This document shows positions 41,896 to 52,944 of a stretch of 64,000 bases of DNA, piece by piece. The notes under the pieces are model-generated. The model ran no database searches, was not told where the DNA came from, and saw only the letters and a list, made by a program, of their open reading frames with translations. The position numbers and the translations under genes were made by a program. The DNA lies in assembly GCA_000002445.1 (NCBI GenBank), contig CP000066.1, forward strand, positions 160,001-224,000, written 5' to 3'. The stretch comes from Trypanosoma brucei (lineage: Eukaryota). Positions within the stretch are counted from its first letter, which is position 1. Each line of letters starts with the position of its first letter.

Positions 41896-41961
41896 CGTCG
41901 AGCACCTTCTTACAAAAACGATTTTGTAAACAATAAAAAAGCAGGAAAAGTGTAACAACAC

Positions 41962-44900
41962 AGAAGCAATCGCTATAGCAGAGAAAGTTCACTCATCACA
42001 CAACCACGCTGAATGAGGGGATCAATTACAACTTACAAACAAAAGATGGAATCCGAAACGACAGTCGTCAAAATGTCTTGCAACAAACCGTACAGTACGG
42101 TTATCATAGGACTTTCGTTAATGTAGTGGTGTGCAGACATGTTCGAAAACAAAGAAGTAACCGAGTGACAGGTGGACGATAAAACAAAAAGTACTTAACA
42201 TTCATATGTTTAATTTTTCAACGTACTAGACACCCGATCCTCCTTTTCCCTGACACGGAAATACGCCCCACCTCCAACTCCTACGCATAGCCGAGCAACA
42301 CAACTCATTACAATACGAGAACCGAAGATCAGACGTTAACACAACGTATAGGTAAACGCTGCATAAAAATTTAACCTCACAATTGCCTTCCACCATTGGG
42401 AAGATAGGGAAGATGAGAGGGTAAACTTGAGAAAAGAGAGAAAGTTTTCAGAACCATACAGCGAGGAGCACATTTAGAACAAGCTGCAGAAACAGAATTA
42501 TTATCATCAGCACGCGGAACAGTGGCTAGAATTCCCCTTTGTTCATTTCCAAATAAACTGTAATGACAAAAATGAACCACGTATATCACGTTTCCATTAG
42601 AAGTATCACGGTGTTGAATAGTCGACCGCAACACCAAAATAATAACGATATTGATAAGAAGTGTTATAAAATCGAGCAAAGGATAAAAGAACACCCCAAG
42701 TGATTCACTCAGGGACAATTCGCCAAAGCAGCCGCGCTGCAAACCAAAGCCCTTCGCCGGCACCTGATATTCATCCTATCATGTACCACACCTACCCCCA
42801 AAAAGGTAAAGAAGCAAACTCTAGTAAAGAAGCAGGCAGCTATCCACCAAAACAGATTAAAGCCAACCGCGGCAATCAATTCAACGAAGTGACGGCAAAA
42901 ATACCACCCTCAGGTTCCATAATGCGCTCACCCCAAAACCTGATAACACCTCAAATGTAATTTAACAATTGCCACAGCACAACAACAATGCTCTTTCAAC
43001 ATACGTTCCGAAGACTCCTCCCTTCGGTTTCAACTGACAGGCACTGAAGGACATTCACAACTCTGCTTGTGTTGTGCATATTATCGGCGAAAACATAATT
43101 GTTTACATCAACGCTAACAAGAAGAGAATATGAGAACAAAAGTCAGCCAATACAACACGGTTAATAAGAAGAACATAACATGTTATAGCTTCATTACGGC
43201 ATATCCCCTTACTAATCACTACAATAGCAGAGAGCTCGGTAGCTGTGACAGAGTGGAAACGAAAATGAAAAAGAAAATCAATTTGAAAACAAACAAAATT
43301 CCAAAGTGTGCCCCGACGAGGAATCGTATGAAACGCATCCGCCCCATGCTGAGGGGGATATCTCTCTTTGCACGAAAAAAGGTTAATACTGATCCGGTTT
43401 CGGAGAAGGACAACAAGGCATTTGTGTGGCACGTGACAGCAATATGGAAAAAAGAGAACGGATAACATCAAATACAAACGGTGTTCTGTTGTGAGCATTG
43501 ACAGCCCTCTTCAAAAGTTTTTGTTGCAGTGGACGGGCGACCGGTCCGCACATGAAGTGGCAAAACGTTGGAACACGATTACCTGGTCGTGATGCAGTGT
43601 TGTACTTCGTGACGGAACCGCAGCGGCTGGTTGCGCGACGGAAAATCTTCAATCTTGGAGGGAATGCGCCAAATCATTTTGCGTAAGGAACTCCATCCAA
43701 GGATCGCGGACATACAAGAAACCCCACACACCCCAGCTGTCACATGCCCCGCAAAATATTTGGGGAGGTGGAGCACTGTCGGGTCGCAAACTTTCGCATC
43801 GACCGGAGCGACCGCCGCCCGTTCGTTTACTCTTCAAGGAAACCGGAGCAGCATTTGCAGGGAAACGGGGTGATATTCAAACCCCTTTTACCCAGAGCGT
43901 AATAACAAGTTGGGCGGCTCGGGTAAAGCACGGAGGCACACCGATAGAAAAGACACCCTGCGACAAACAGTAGTGCATCAAAGCACAAGAGAATTAAAAT
44001 GTAAAACGGGATCCGAATAGCTCAAGCGAATGGGTTGCCGGCATGGCATGGCCGCCAACAGCTGGGGATACTCGAAATTGGAGACCACGCACCGACGGCT
44101 GCGGTCTCGAAACTTTACCGTCCTGGTGCTTTACGGGCCGTAGCCTCCTTTGGATGATTTCGGAACCACAAAGGAAACAAATTGCCCCAGTGGTCAAAAA
44201 AAAAAAAAGTAGTACTTGACAAGCTGTGGAGCGCACTAGGGGAGCGACGGAGCTTCGCCTTCCCCCCGTATCAAAATGTTTGAAGGGAGGAAGCGGACAG
44301 GAGGGGTACAGGAATCGTAAGAGCCGTATGCCCCAACAGGTAGTAAGTGTTTTTGCAACAGTGTATTACGGAATGGGTTTTAATATAATTGCGGCTGGGG
44401 CGGTTGAATGTATACTCATTTTGCTGAGAGGAAAGCTTCACAGTGAGGTAGGTGTAGGGAGAAGGGCGTGCCAAAGGCAGCTGGTTATTGTAGAGCGCTT
44501 CTGGTAGCGGAGCTGGTTCCAGAGCCTATCTATTGCCAACGCCGCCTCAGGAAACCTGAGGAGTAAATAGCGTCTCCAAAAATGCAAAAAGGGGGAAATG
44601 TTTGCAAAACAGGAATGTGAGATGGCACACCAAGTGCCATGTACGGGGTCCTTCTTTTTTTTTTTTTGGGGGGGGGGGGGCAGCGCTACTTTTCTGAACT
44701 GAAAGATCTACGGACACCGTGTGTGGCAATGTTAGGGTGCGGCGGCTCCCCGGTAAGGTTGACGCTCCCCAAAATGAGAGGCGTGGTTGCTGCTCCAGCT
44801 CCTAACATGGGGAAGAAGGAATTTGACATGTAAATTTCTGACCTACCGCAGTTTGTTGTATGCTTCAGGTGTGGGGAGTTAAGTAAGCACTGGTGCAAAC

Positions 44901-46218
44901 TTGTGCCTTACCGGTGTTGCTGCTGCATCGACGCTAGTAGTGGTAGTGGACTGTGGAGCATTCGAGCAACCGGGTGGGGGGTAGCGGTGGTAGGAGTTTT
45001 GTTTCTTCTGTGGTTCGGACCCGACGGTGTGTCGTTGCCTCGTTCAAATGTGTGGCGGGTTGTGGTTCATAATAGGAATATGCGGGCTGAGTGGGCGGCG
45101 GAACTGGATGCAGCGGTGGCCGCCGCATTGGCCGTGGTGCGTGCAGTTGTGGTAGTTCAGTGGGCTGTGTATCAGATTTGGTGTTTTAGTGGACAGGGTA
45201 TGTTGCGCCAGTGGTACCGGACGGTGGAGGCGTTTTTTTTTTGTCACTCTGCAATTGTTTTGCAGTACAGCTGGAAATGGCACTCTCGCATCTGCGCTTT
45301 TGTATTTTATTTCTGGACTTTTTTTGATGCATCAACTCTGCGCGAAGGGAGGTTTGTGGAATTGCGTTTTTTTGTGTGTGTATTCTTTCTTGCTTGTGCC
45401 ACTGTTTGCTTTATTGGGCTGATATAGAAAATACGAATATACGTAGTGTTGGTCGGTGCCGCATTGACCAACGTTCCTTTGATGATATTATCACTCTGCC
45501 GCTGCCTCCTGAAAGCGTGCTACCATGCAACTGTGCGATTGCTTTTATATTCAAGGGCGGAAAAGGCTTTAATGATAAAACAAATCAGTGATGCTGAGCA
45601 GCGTTGTTTTTAGAAGCGAGATGAAACATGGTGTATATGTGTAAGTGACTATGAGAAGGGAGAAGTTGGTGCGTACCAAATTTTATTATATTACTCTCAC
45701 TTCGACCCGATATATTTTGTCTATTTGTTTAATATATATATATATATAATGCTCTCACAGTTCGATACATTTGTCGCACCTCCTAAATGGTTTCTAAGAG
45801 GCGGTGCTTCCGAGGGGTCAAGGCTGATGTCGATTACCTAGCAGCTGGTGTTATTGATGGTGATTTCTTTGTATGTGTCGAGCACTTACTTAAAGCTGCG
45901 CCTCAGTTATCAACTTCAGTAAATAAATGTTATAAAGCAGTGATCATTTTAAAGGTGCTCCTGTCTTTGGTGGACGAAATTTGTGTGGGTTTTATTTTGG
46001 GAGTTGCAAGTTGGGTATATGTGGTTATTTCGTGTCATATTTTTTTTTTAAAACTTAAGGAATAGTTAGTTTTTTTGTTTCCCTTTCGTCTCGTGGTTTC
46101 GATACGTCGCAGTACATATCTCTACTCCTTTTATCATCTTTTGTTTCTCCTAAGAATTAAGAAAGAACCTTTTTTCACTGCGTGTGTGTTCACATTTCCC
46201 CTCTAAGAAGCACAAGAC
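41962..46218. promoter_or_regulatory. Divergent strand-switch region between the minus-strand and plus-strand gene arrays; expected bidirectional Pol II transcription start zone
   Basis: All supported genes left of 41961 are on the minus strand; all right of 46219 are on the plus strand. The 4.3 kb between them holds no convincing ORF. Strand composition flips: C/A-rich on the + strand around 42.7-43.1 kb, G/T-rich on the + strand around 44.2-45.45 kb. Confidence 0.65.
44655..44680 (+). repeat. T13 G13 homopolymer pair inside the strand-switch region
   Basis: Direct reading: cttc tttttttttttttt gggggggggggggg cagcg at 44651-44685. Confidence 0.9.
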
Positions 46219-47517
46219 ATGCAAACTCCGCTACGTCCAACAATTTTCCCGGAGGGCATAGAAGGGTCTCAGACCGCGGATTCCAGTATAAAGGTAGCAT
46301 GCGGCCGCGATTCAAGCGGTAGAGCAAGCGGATCACCCCCTGATCGTGAGCGCCGGCTTCATCAACGGGAGAAGCAATTGTCTTTTGGGTATGCGACCGA
46401 AGGGTACAACAATATGATTAAGTTGGTGGAGCACGATCCCTTATTAAAAAGTGGTGGAATTATCCCCCTCTCACCCCCTGACGTCAACAAGGGAAGTAAA
46501 AGAGTTTGGGATGTTTCGTTACGGAAGTGGCGTCGGGCGCTGCATATGTTTGATTGCGTATTTATTGAGGGGGAGGATGAAAACAAGAAGACACTTGAGA
46601 GTGTAATAGAAGATCAACGATTGCAGTGGGTGAGTACCGCATATTCCGGCAGGCGGAAAGAAGATCGCGTAAAGGTTTCTGCCAGTACGATCACAAATGC
46701 TCAGAATTCTCCTCACGTTTGCAAGAAGCTGCATGTTGAGGAGTGCCTGAAAGTAATTCTTCGTGAGGAAAGTTGCTATGAACCTGTTGGCAACGTCGTT
46801 CCAGTATCTGCTTCATCATTACTTAAAGGTGCTGATATATCCCCTGCAGATGCAGGCATCAAGATTTTTGTCGCGCCGTCTCCACAGAATCAGTGCAAAC
46901 AAACTCCTGTTCGATCCGGTGCAGTTTGTTCGCGTGTGGCTCCTCGGTGTCTCAATTTTGACTCATCTACGCCTATGCAGAGTAAAGTGCCCCTGAATGG
47001 TGTACAGGAAGTTAAACACCTTCAAAGTTGTGTTCCGCCGCAGCCGAAAGAAAATAAAAACATATGGGTAACGCCAACGATGTGGGTGGACGATGGCGCG
47101 CGCACTTCACCTTTTACATCAATTTACCAACCACCAGTGTTGGAGCAAGTGAGTGAGGTTCAGCAAACTCCTCTAAACTGGAATCTTTTTATTCCTCCTC
47201 AGACATATGTGTGTACGCCCCAACCAGCAACTGCACCGGGAATCGTTTTCGACAAATTTACTCCGAACACTGCTCCGAGGCGGCTTACGATCCTCAGGGA
47301 TAGTAATACAAAGTCACGAGGTGGCGAAGTGGACGTGCTGAAGAGAAATCTTTTCCCTAACAGTGTAATGTCACCATCCCACACTGATTCACTGGAAAAG
47401 GTATTTCACCCCAACACACCGTTAACCCGTTCGTGTGTACGTGGCGAAGTGCCTGAAATAGAAGCAAACAAACCAACGGGTGCTGATTGTGCCCAACAGA
47501 TATTATTCACAGAGTAA
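46219..47517 (+). CDS. Hypothetical protein (432 aa); first gene of the plus-strand array
   Basis: ATG verified at 46219. Preceded by polypyrimidine tracts and AG dinucleotides (46060-46215). No recognised domain. Confidence 0.55.
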   Translation: MQTPLRPTIFPEGIEGSQTADSSIKVACGRDSSGRASGSPPDRERRLHQREKQLSFGYATEGYNNMIKLVEHDPLLKSGGIIPLSPPDVNKGSKRVWDVSLRKWRRALHMFDCVFIEGEDENKKTLESVIEDQRLQWVSTAYSGRRKEDRVKVSASTITNAQNSPHVCKKLHVEECLKVILREESCYEPVGNVVPVSASSLLKGADISPADAGIKIFVAPSPQNQCKQTPVRSGAVCSRVAPRCLNFDSSTPMQSKVPLNGVQEVKHLQSCVPPQPKENKNIWVTPTMWVDDGARTSPFTSIYQPPVLEQVSEVQQTPLNWNLFIPPQTYVCTPQPATAPGIVFDKFTPNTAPRRLTILRDSNTKSRGGEVDVLKRNLFPNSVMSPSHTDSLEKVFHPNTPLTRSCVRGEVPEIEANKPTGADCAQQILFTE

Positions 47518-47828
47518 TATCGGATATAGAAAAAAAAAGAAATGATATTCCTGGAACGCAGGATCCACATATTTTTTCTTTTCGGTTTAAAGGAAAAAAA
47601 ACATAGATCTCCTTTGTCTTTGGTTTAGGTGGGGGAGAAAGAAGATGATTCATAATTACTTCTTTAATTAGGATAGTTTCCTGAAGTCGCATTGGTTGCT
47701 AAATGTGTGCGTTAATAAGTATGATGAAACAAACTGTATATATTTTGGTTACTAGTTTTATCTTGGACAGTTCATGATTTTTTTGTTTTCCTGCCTCCCA
47801 AAGAGTGCTGAAGGACAATCGTTAAAAA

Positions 47829-48563
47829 ATGTTAGGGTTGACAATCAGTCGGTTTGATGAACTCCAGTCTGCGGTTTCGAACGGTGATGTTGTGGCTGTT
47901 GGAAGGTTGCTAACGTCGTACAATGTAAATATGGCGGATAACGAGAGGCGGATGACGTTACTAATGTGGGCGGTGTGCTTTCAACAACACGAGGTAGCAG
48001 AGATGTTAATTCGGCTTGGTGCGTCACTTTATCCTCGGGATATGTTCTCCTATAATGTTATTCACCACGCAGCGTGGCAAGGGGATGTAAGGATGATGAA
48101 GATTTTACTTTGTTCTATGAGCACTTCTTCTTCAAGTGAGGATGAAACTTCCGAGTCCACATCATCGCGAACTGACACATTTCGCTTTAGACCAGGGGTA
48201 CGATCGTTGGTTGACCTACCGCATCCTTACAACGGAAGAACACCGCTAATGTTTGCTGCCCTTAAGGGGAACGTAGAGATGGTAAATTTTCTTATTACGC
48301 AAGCTGGTGCCGCCATTGGTGCAAAAGACCTTGAAGGGAATTCGGTCATGGATATAGCTGCTCGCATTGGACAAAAGGCTGTTGTGACTCTACTACTTTC
48401 GAAGTGCAATGACGACGAGGATATGTGTTTCAACAAGGCTAGACGAAGTGCTGAGGATAACTGTGAAAATGCGTCGACTTTACAACAGTTGAATGAGTTT
48501 AATGACCTTAAAACCACCCTATGCCAGGATTGGCTTCCTCAATCGTTGGTTTCTTTATCATGA
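47829..48563 (+). CDS. Ankyrin-repeat protein
   Basis: Tandem ANK units: TLLMWAVCFQQHEVAEMLIRLGASL, NVIHHAAWQGDVRMMKILL, TPLMFAALKGNVEMVNFLITQAGAAIGAKDLEGNSVMDIAARIGQKAVVTLLL. ATG verified. Confidence 0.75.
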   Translation: MLGLTISRFDELQSAVSNGDVVAVGRLLTSYNVNMADNERRMTLLMWAVCFQQHEVAEMLIRLGASLYPRDMFSYNVIHHAAWQGDVRMMKILLCSMSTSSSSEDETSESTSSRTDTFRFRPGVRSLVDLPHPYNGRTPLMFAALKGNVEMVNFLITQAGAAIGAKDLEGNSVMDIAARIGQKAVVTLLLSKCNDDEDMCFNKARRSAEDNCENASTLQQLNEFNDLKTTLCQDWLPQSLVSLS

Positions 48564-48790
48564 TACCTATATACATAAACTTTTGTTTTTATGTGTCGAA
48601 GAGAAATTAGCGGAACACAAATACAGTGTTAGAGTCCTCATGGTGATAGATCCCTGTTGCTGTGCGTTTCCTGATTGTTGCCGAAACTGTATGTACATAT
48701 TTTTTTTTTTGAAAAAAGCAAGTCTTTACAGTGCTTTTCTCCTTCCCGATGCTTGGTATTTTCAGTATGTACGGGTATTTAAAGTTGTAG

Positions 48791-49708
48791 ATGAGCGATG
48801 ATGGAGAGGAAAATAATAGGGGTAAGCGTGAAAACGTTAGTTTTCCACATGCCCAATCAAATGTGGTTTCTAATTTGGATGGCAACACCCTGCTCAACGA
48901 TTCCTTGGTTCAGCAGAGTTGTTCGCCCACTGAGAGTAAGGAGGATGTGAAAACTGAGTACGATAGTTTTGTGGATGCCCCCGTGATTCCTCTGACAGAA
49001 AAGTTTGACGATAACTATTCCCAACCGGTTAGTACAGTAAACCCGCGTGATGATAGTATAAAGTGTGAAATGGATGTGTTGCCTGCGTCTTCCCTCACCT
49101 CTGTTTGTAACAGGAAGGTGATACACGGTGAAAAAGTCGATAACGATCGAGTCAAAATAGTGCGAGACTGGCTTTTAATGCCAGTTTTATCCCAAGATTC
49201 CGACTTCGAAGGCGATGGTGACGATTTTATTGATACTCTTTTACATATTGCTGAGGACAAGATGTACCTTTATGGCTTCTACGAACGTTTGGGGCAAACC
49301 GAGTTAGTAACGACTAGGCGGATAAATAATAGAAAACGTTCTAGGGGATCCAACGGCATTTCTCACGCTACGGGGAACCAAGGCGCTCAAGCACCCGTCA
49401 TGGCAACATCACCCCCGCAAGTTTTGCCTTTCTCTTTCGTCAATTGGTTGCCAAACAGTGGCAAAGGGCGTTGTGATCCCGAAAGAGTGCATCAACAAAC
49501 CATCTCATCGGACGCTATTTTGTGTTCTGGGGAGAAGTACACGCTCTGTAGGTACGCGCTAAGCAGTGGGAAATTGCGAAAGGAATGTGCTGATCCTTAT
49601 CAGTTTCTTACTGCGAAGTTGCAAGAGATACGACATTGCATGGAAGAGGAGTTGATGGGCGATGCTAAAAATTCCAATGAGAAAAAAACAGGGGTCACCG
49701 ACTATTGA
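48791..49708 (+). CDS. Hypothetical protein (305 aa)
   Basis: ATG verified. Polypyrimidine tract plus AG at 48690-48766 just upstream. Acidic central region. No recognised domain. Confidence 0.55.
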   Translation: MSDDGEENNRGKRENVSFPHAQSNVVSNLDGNTLLNDSLVQQSCSPTESKEDVKTEYDSFVDAPVIPLTEKFDDNYSQPVSTVNPRDDSIKCEMDVLPASSLTSVCNRKVIHGEKVDNDRVKIVRDWLLMPVLSQDSDFEGDGDDFIDTLLHIAEDKMYLYGFYERLGQTELVTTRRINNRKRSRGSNGISHATGNQGAQAPVMATSPPQVLPFSFVNWLPNSGKGRCDPERVHQQTISSDAILCSGEKYTLCRYALSSGKLRKECADPYQFLTAKLQEIRHCMEEELMGDAKNSNEKKTGVTDY

Positions 49709-49897
49709 GGGACGCTACCAGCCTTTGGTGAGTAAAATCCGTATTAATGCAACTTTCATCACCCTGCAATATTATTTCATTAGGTTTATCATCAATGTGT
49801 GAGTTATGCCATTACCACTTCCATTCTTGTCTTTGGACCGGTTCTGTTTTGCTGGAGGGGGCTCTCGCTTGAGTTACAGACGGGAGGACACTGAACT

Positions 49898-50968
49898 ATG
49901 AAAACCTTACACCTGTTGCTTGGACTCATGCATTGCGACGCTCCGCTTAATCACCGCGTAAAAGGCCTCACTATACTCAAAAGAATGCTTAGTAATGTTG
50001 TCAACTACCCCACGGAGTGCAAGTACAGGAGTATCAATATCGCATCTTCGACGTGGATAAATTCTATTACTCCAGCATTTCATGTATTTCAGTTGATTGA
50101 ATGGCTTTTGGGATTGGGATTTGAGCAGTCCGTCGGCGACTCTTTCCTCATTTTTAAAGGATCTTCCCTTGATTGTATGGCTAACGCATGCCGTGATGTT
50201 TCACTATTGCTTTATGCTTGTGAGGTTGATGCACCAAGCAACACTAGTGGGAGTAAACGGTGTGTGGATGATTTAGTGCCACTTCTTCGGGTTGTGTCCG
50301 GTCACAATGATCAGTGCGGATCAAATACCGTTGACACGTCCCAAGCGATTTATACTGCTCTTCAACCAAGCGTCTCTGACGAAACATGGAAAGTGTTGAA
50401 GAACCGCTTACGTTTGATCGTCTTGGAGTGCGAGTGTGAGCGCCAGAATCAACCTCGTCTCAAAGAAAAACTTTGTCCACCAACCCTGGCAGCGCGTAAC
50501 TTGGAGGCATGGACCTCATTGTGCGAGTTAGTGCGCTTCATCAACCTTCGGCATCTGGAAGAAGGTTTAGCTGCGGTGAACATGGAGAGGTTTGAGAGCC
50601 GTGGGGTGCGTAAGGTGGATACCCGAGGCGGAGAAAAGGGTAATATAAACAATCTAAGTAATCTTGTTGCGGCAAGGCAAAAAGACAAGTTGAGTCTCCA
50701 GAACAGCGGACGTGCAAGTATTGACCAGGAAGTGCAAGCCGTAGGCACTCGGTTAATAGTAGACATAGCTTCCTGTATAGAGCAAATATCTGTCCTTGAG
50801 GGAGATCAGGGGTTAGTGCGGAAGGATCGGCTTGAAGCCAAGAGACTCCTCGAAAAATTCGGTGAAGATGGCGATGTGAGGTATTTACACTTGCTGAGGG
50901 AAGAGTGGTCGCAACGGCTTGAAGAAAAGAAAAAAATTCAAGGGAATAGCTTTGTTTATTTTAAGTGA
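49898..50968 (+). CDS. PUB (PNGase/UBA-or-UBX)-domain-containing protein with C-terminal coiled-coil region
   Basis: N-terminal LTILKRMLSNVVNYPTECKYRSINIASSTWINSITPAFHVFQLIEWLLGLGFEQ fits the PUB-domain pattern (hxxhxxNhxxxPxxxKYRxIxxxNxxFxxxIxxxxGxxxhLxxhGFE). ATG verified. Confidence 0.55.
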   Translation: MKTLHLLLGLMHCDAPLNHRVKGLTILKRMLSNVVNYPTECKYRSINIASSTWINSITPAFHVFQLIEWLLGLGFEQSVGDSFLIFKGSSLDCMANACRDVSLLLYACEVDAPSNTSGSKRCVDDLVPLLRVVSGHNDQCGSNTVDTSQAIYTALQPSVSDETWKVLKNRLRLIVLECECERQNQPRLKEKLCPPTLAARNLEAWTSLCELVRFINLRHLEEGLAAVNMERFESRGVRKVDTRGGEKGNINNLSNLVAARQKDKLSLQNSGRASIDQEVQAVGTRLIVDIASCIEQISVLEGDQGLVRKDRLEAKRLLEKFGEDGDVRYLHLLREEWSQRLEEKKKIQGNSFVYFK

Positions 50969-51339
50969 CCCCCGCCTTGCCACACTTATTCACTTAATTC
51001 TGTTGTAAACACTGCAGATGTTTTTAAAAAAGTTGTATTTCATTTTCTTGCATCATTGTTTGTTTGCTGATGCTTTATCACGTTTTTTTTTTTACTGGAT
51101 ATCTTCTTTACTTTTGTTTTTGTTCTTTTTAACCTGTGGGGTGCTGTTAGGAACGCCAGAGTACTTGCCAGGAGGCGAAAGGCAGGTTGTTTCTACCATA
51201 AGAAAAGAGGGGGATTAGGATTCTAGCGGAGCATCCGCTGTTGTGGAGTGAACTAAAGTCGTAACTTTGTTGCGGCATTATCGCGGGAAGGAGGGAACAT
51301 CGAATTCGAAGGAGAATCGGTGGGCAAAAAAGAGGAAGT

Positions 51340-52683
51340 ATGCCACGGGAAATCATCACACTGCAGGTTGGTCAGTGCGGCAACCAAGTTGGATCTGAAT
51401 TTTGGAGGCAACTTTGCGCAGAGCATGGTATCCGTCACGATGGTGTAGTAGAATCGTTTGCTAGTGGCGGGGATGACCGCAAAGATGTTTTTTTCTACCA
51501 GGCTGACGACGACCACTACATTCCCCGGGCGTTGTTAGTTGATTTGGAGCCGCGAGTCATCAACGCTATTCAACGTGGCAGCATGCAAAGGCTTTTTAAC
51601 CCTGAAAATGTGTACATTCATTCCGAAGGTGGTGGAGCAGGCAACAACTGGGCACACGGCTACGAGATGGGGGACACAGTCCAGGAAACGCTGTTTGATA
51701 TGATAGAGCGAGAGGCGGAGAACAGCGACAGTCTGGAGGGGTTCGTGCTTACGCACAGTATCGCTGGAGGAACGGGAAGTGGAATGGGGAGCTACCTTCT
51801 CGAGAATCTGAATGATCGCTTTCCAAAGAAACTTATTCAAACTTATAGCGTCTTCCCCAATCAGTCCCGTGGTGGTGACAGTGACGTCATTGTGCAACCC
51901 TATAACAGTCTTTTGGCTATTAAGCGCTTGACGCTGCACGCAGATTGCGTTGTTGTACTGGACAACACGGCGTTGAACCGCATTGCCACAGACAACCTTC
52001 ACATATCTTCACCAACTGTCGAACAAATGAATGGTCTTGTGAGCACCGTCATGGCAGCCTCAACAGCGACGCTGCGTTATCCGGGGTACATGAATAACGA
52101 CCTCATGAGCATGCTCGCGTCGTTGATCCCTACGCCACGATGTCATTTTGTCTGTACAGGTTACACACCCACGACACTTGATACATCAAATATACAGTCT
52201 TCTGTGCAGAAAACTTCAGTTCACGATGTGATGCGGCGGCTTCTGATGCCAAAAAACATGATGGTTTCAACGTCCATGAAGAGTGGTTGTTATATTTCCT
52301 TGCTGAACCTTATTCAAGGTGATGTGGACCCCGCACAGGTGCATCGGTCACTTGAACGTATTCGGGAGCGCTCACCGAACTTTATCCCGTGGGGCCCTGC
52401 ATCCATTCAAGTTATATTGTCCAAGAAATCACCGTATTTGGACACAAGGCACCGTGTAAGTGGGCTCGTAATGGCCAACCACACAAGCATCAGCTCCCTC
52501 TTTCAGCGAACACTCAAACAGTTTGACCTACTGTTCAACCGTGGTGTTTTCCTTGAGCAATATAAAAGATATGGCCCCATTAAGGACAACTTGGATGAGT
52601 TCAAACATTCTAGGGATGTGGTGGAGAGCTTAGTTTCTGAGTACAAGGCATGTGAGAGCTCCGATTATATACGAAACTTTTGA
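51340..52683 (+). CDS. Gamma-tubulin
   Basis: [31 protein letters not shown] is nearly identical to the metazoan gamma-tubulin N-terminus [31 protein letters not shown]. Tubulin GTP-binding GGTGSGMG loop. 447 aa. ATG and stop verified. Confidence 0.95.
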   Translation: MPREIITLQVGQCGNQVGSEFWRQLCAEHGIRHDGVVESFASGGDDRKDVFFYQADDDHYIPRALLVDLEPRVINAIQRGSMQRLFNPENVYIHSEGGGAGNNWAHGYEMGDTVQETLFDMIEREAENSDSLEGFVLTHSIAGGTGSGMGSYLLENLNDRFPKKLIQTYSVFPNQSRGGDSDVIVQPYNSLLAIKRLTLHADCVVVLDNTALNRIATDNLHISSPTVEQMNGLVSTVMAASTATLRYPGYMNNDLMSMLASLIPTPRCHFVCTGYTPTTLDTSNIQSSVQKTSVHDVMRRLLMPKNMMVSTSMKSGCYISLLNLIQGDVDPAQVHRSLERIRERSPNFIPWGPASIQVILSKKSPYLDTRHRVSGLVMANHTSISSLFQRTLKQFDLLFNRGVFLEQYKRYGPIKDNLDEFKHSRDVVESLVSEYKACESSDYIRNF

Positions 52684-52944
52684 TGGGAGGTAGAGAAACA
52701 CAACACGTGGGACCTCAGGGAAATTTTATGTCTGTGTCAAATTTTCCTATGCATGAACACATAGAATAACCACTAACTTAAGGATTACCGTCGTTTTGTT
52801 GGGAAAAGGACCTTGTATAATCCTCAGTTCTATTGTCCTTTTTCCCCCCAGTGAGCTGTGTATCCCCCGGGTGTAGCGACTTTGAGGGTAGGCGCAGAGC
52901 AGCGCGGTGGAGGGGAACGTGAGTGACATTTCTCTCTTTGTAAG

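Noticed and set aside
42377-42763. 128-aa minus-strand ORF at the left edge of the strand-switch region
   Set aside because: Short, with no motifs. Lies in A-rich sequence 400 bp beyond the last confident gene of the array. Could be spurious; left uncalled.
45005-45030. tRNA-like T-loop resemblance (gtggttcggacccgac)
   Set aside because: No matching acceptor stem or D-arm, and no anticodon arm could be folded by eye. Inside the GT-rich block. Insufficient for a tRNA call.
44903-45427. 174-aa plus-strand ORF inside the strand-switch region
   Set aside because: Its translation is Gly/Val/Trp/Cys-rich (MPYRCCCCIDASSGSGLW...AVVGVLFLLWFGPDG). This is what GT-rich DNA gives in any frame. It has no polypyrimidine/AG context typical of the real genes. 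It lies where a transcription start zone is expected. Treated as a translation artefact of the GT-rich promoter-like block.
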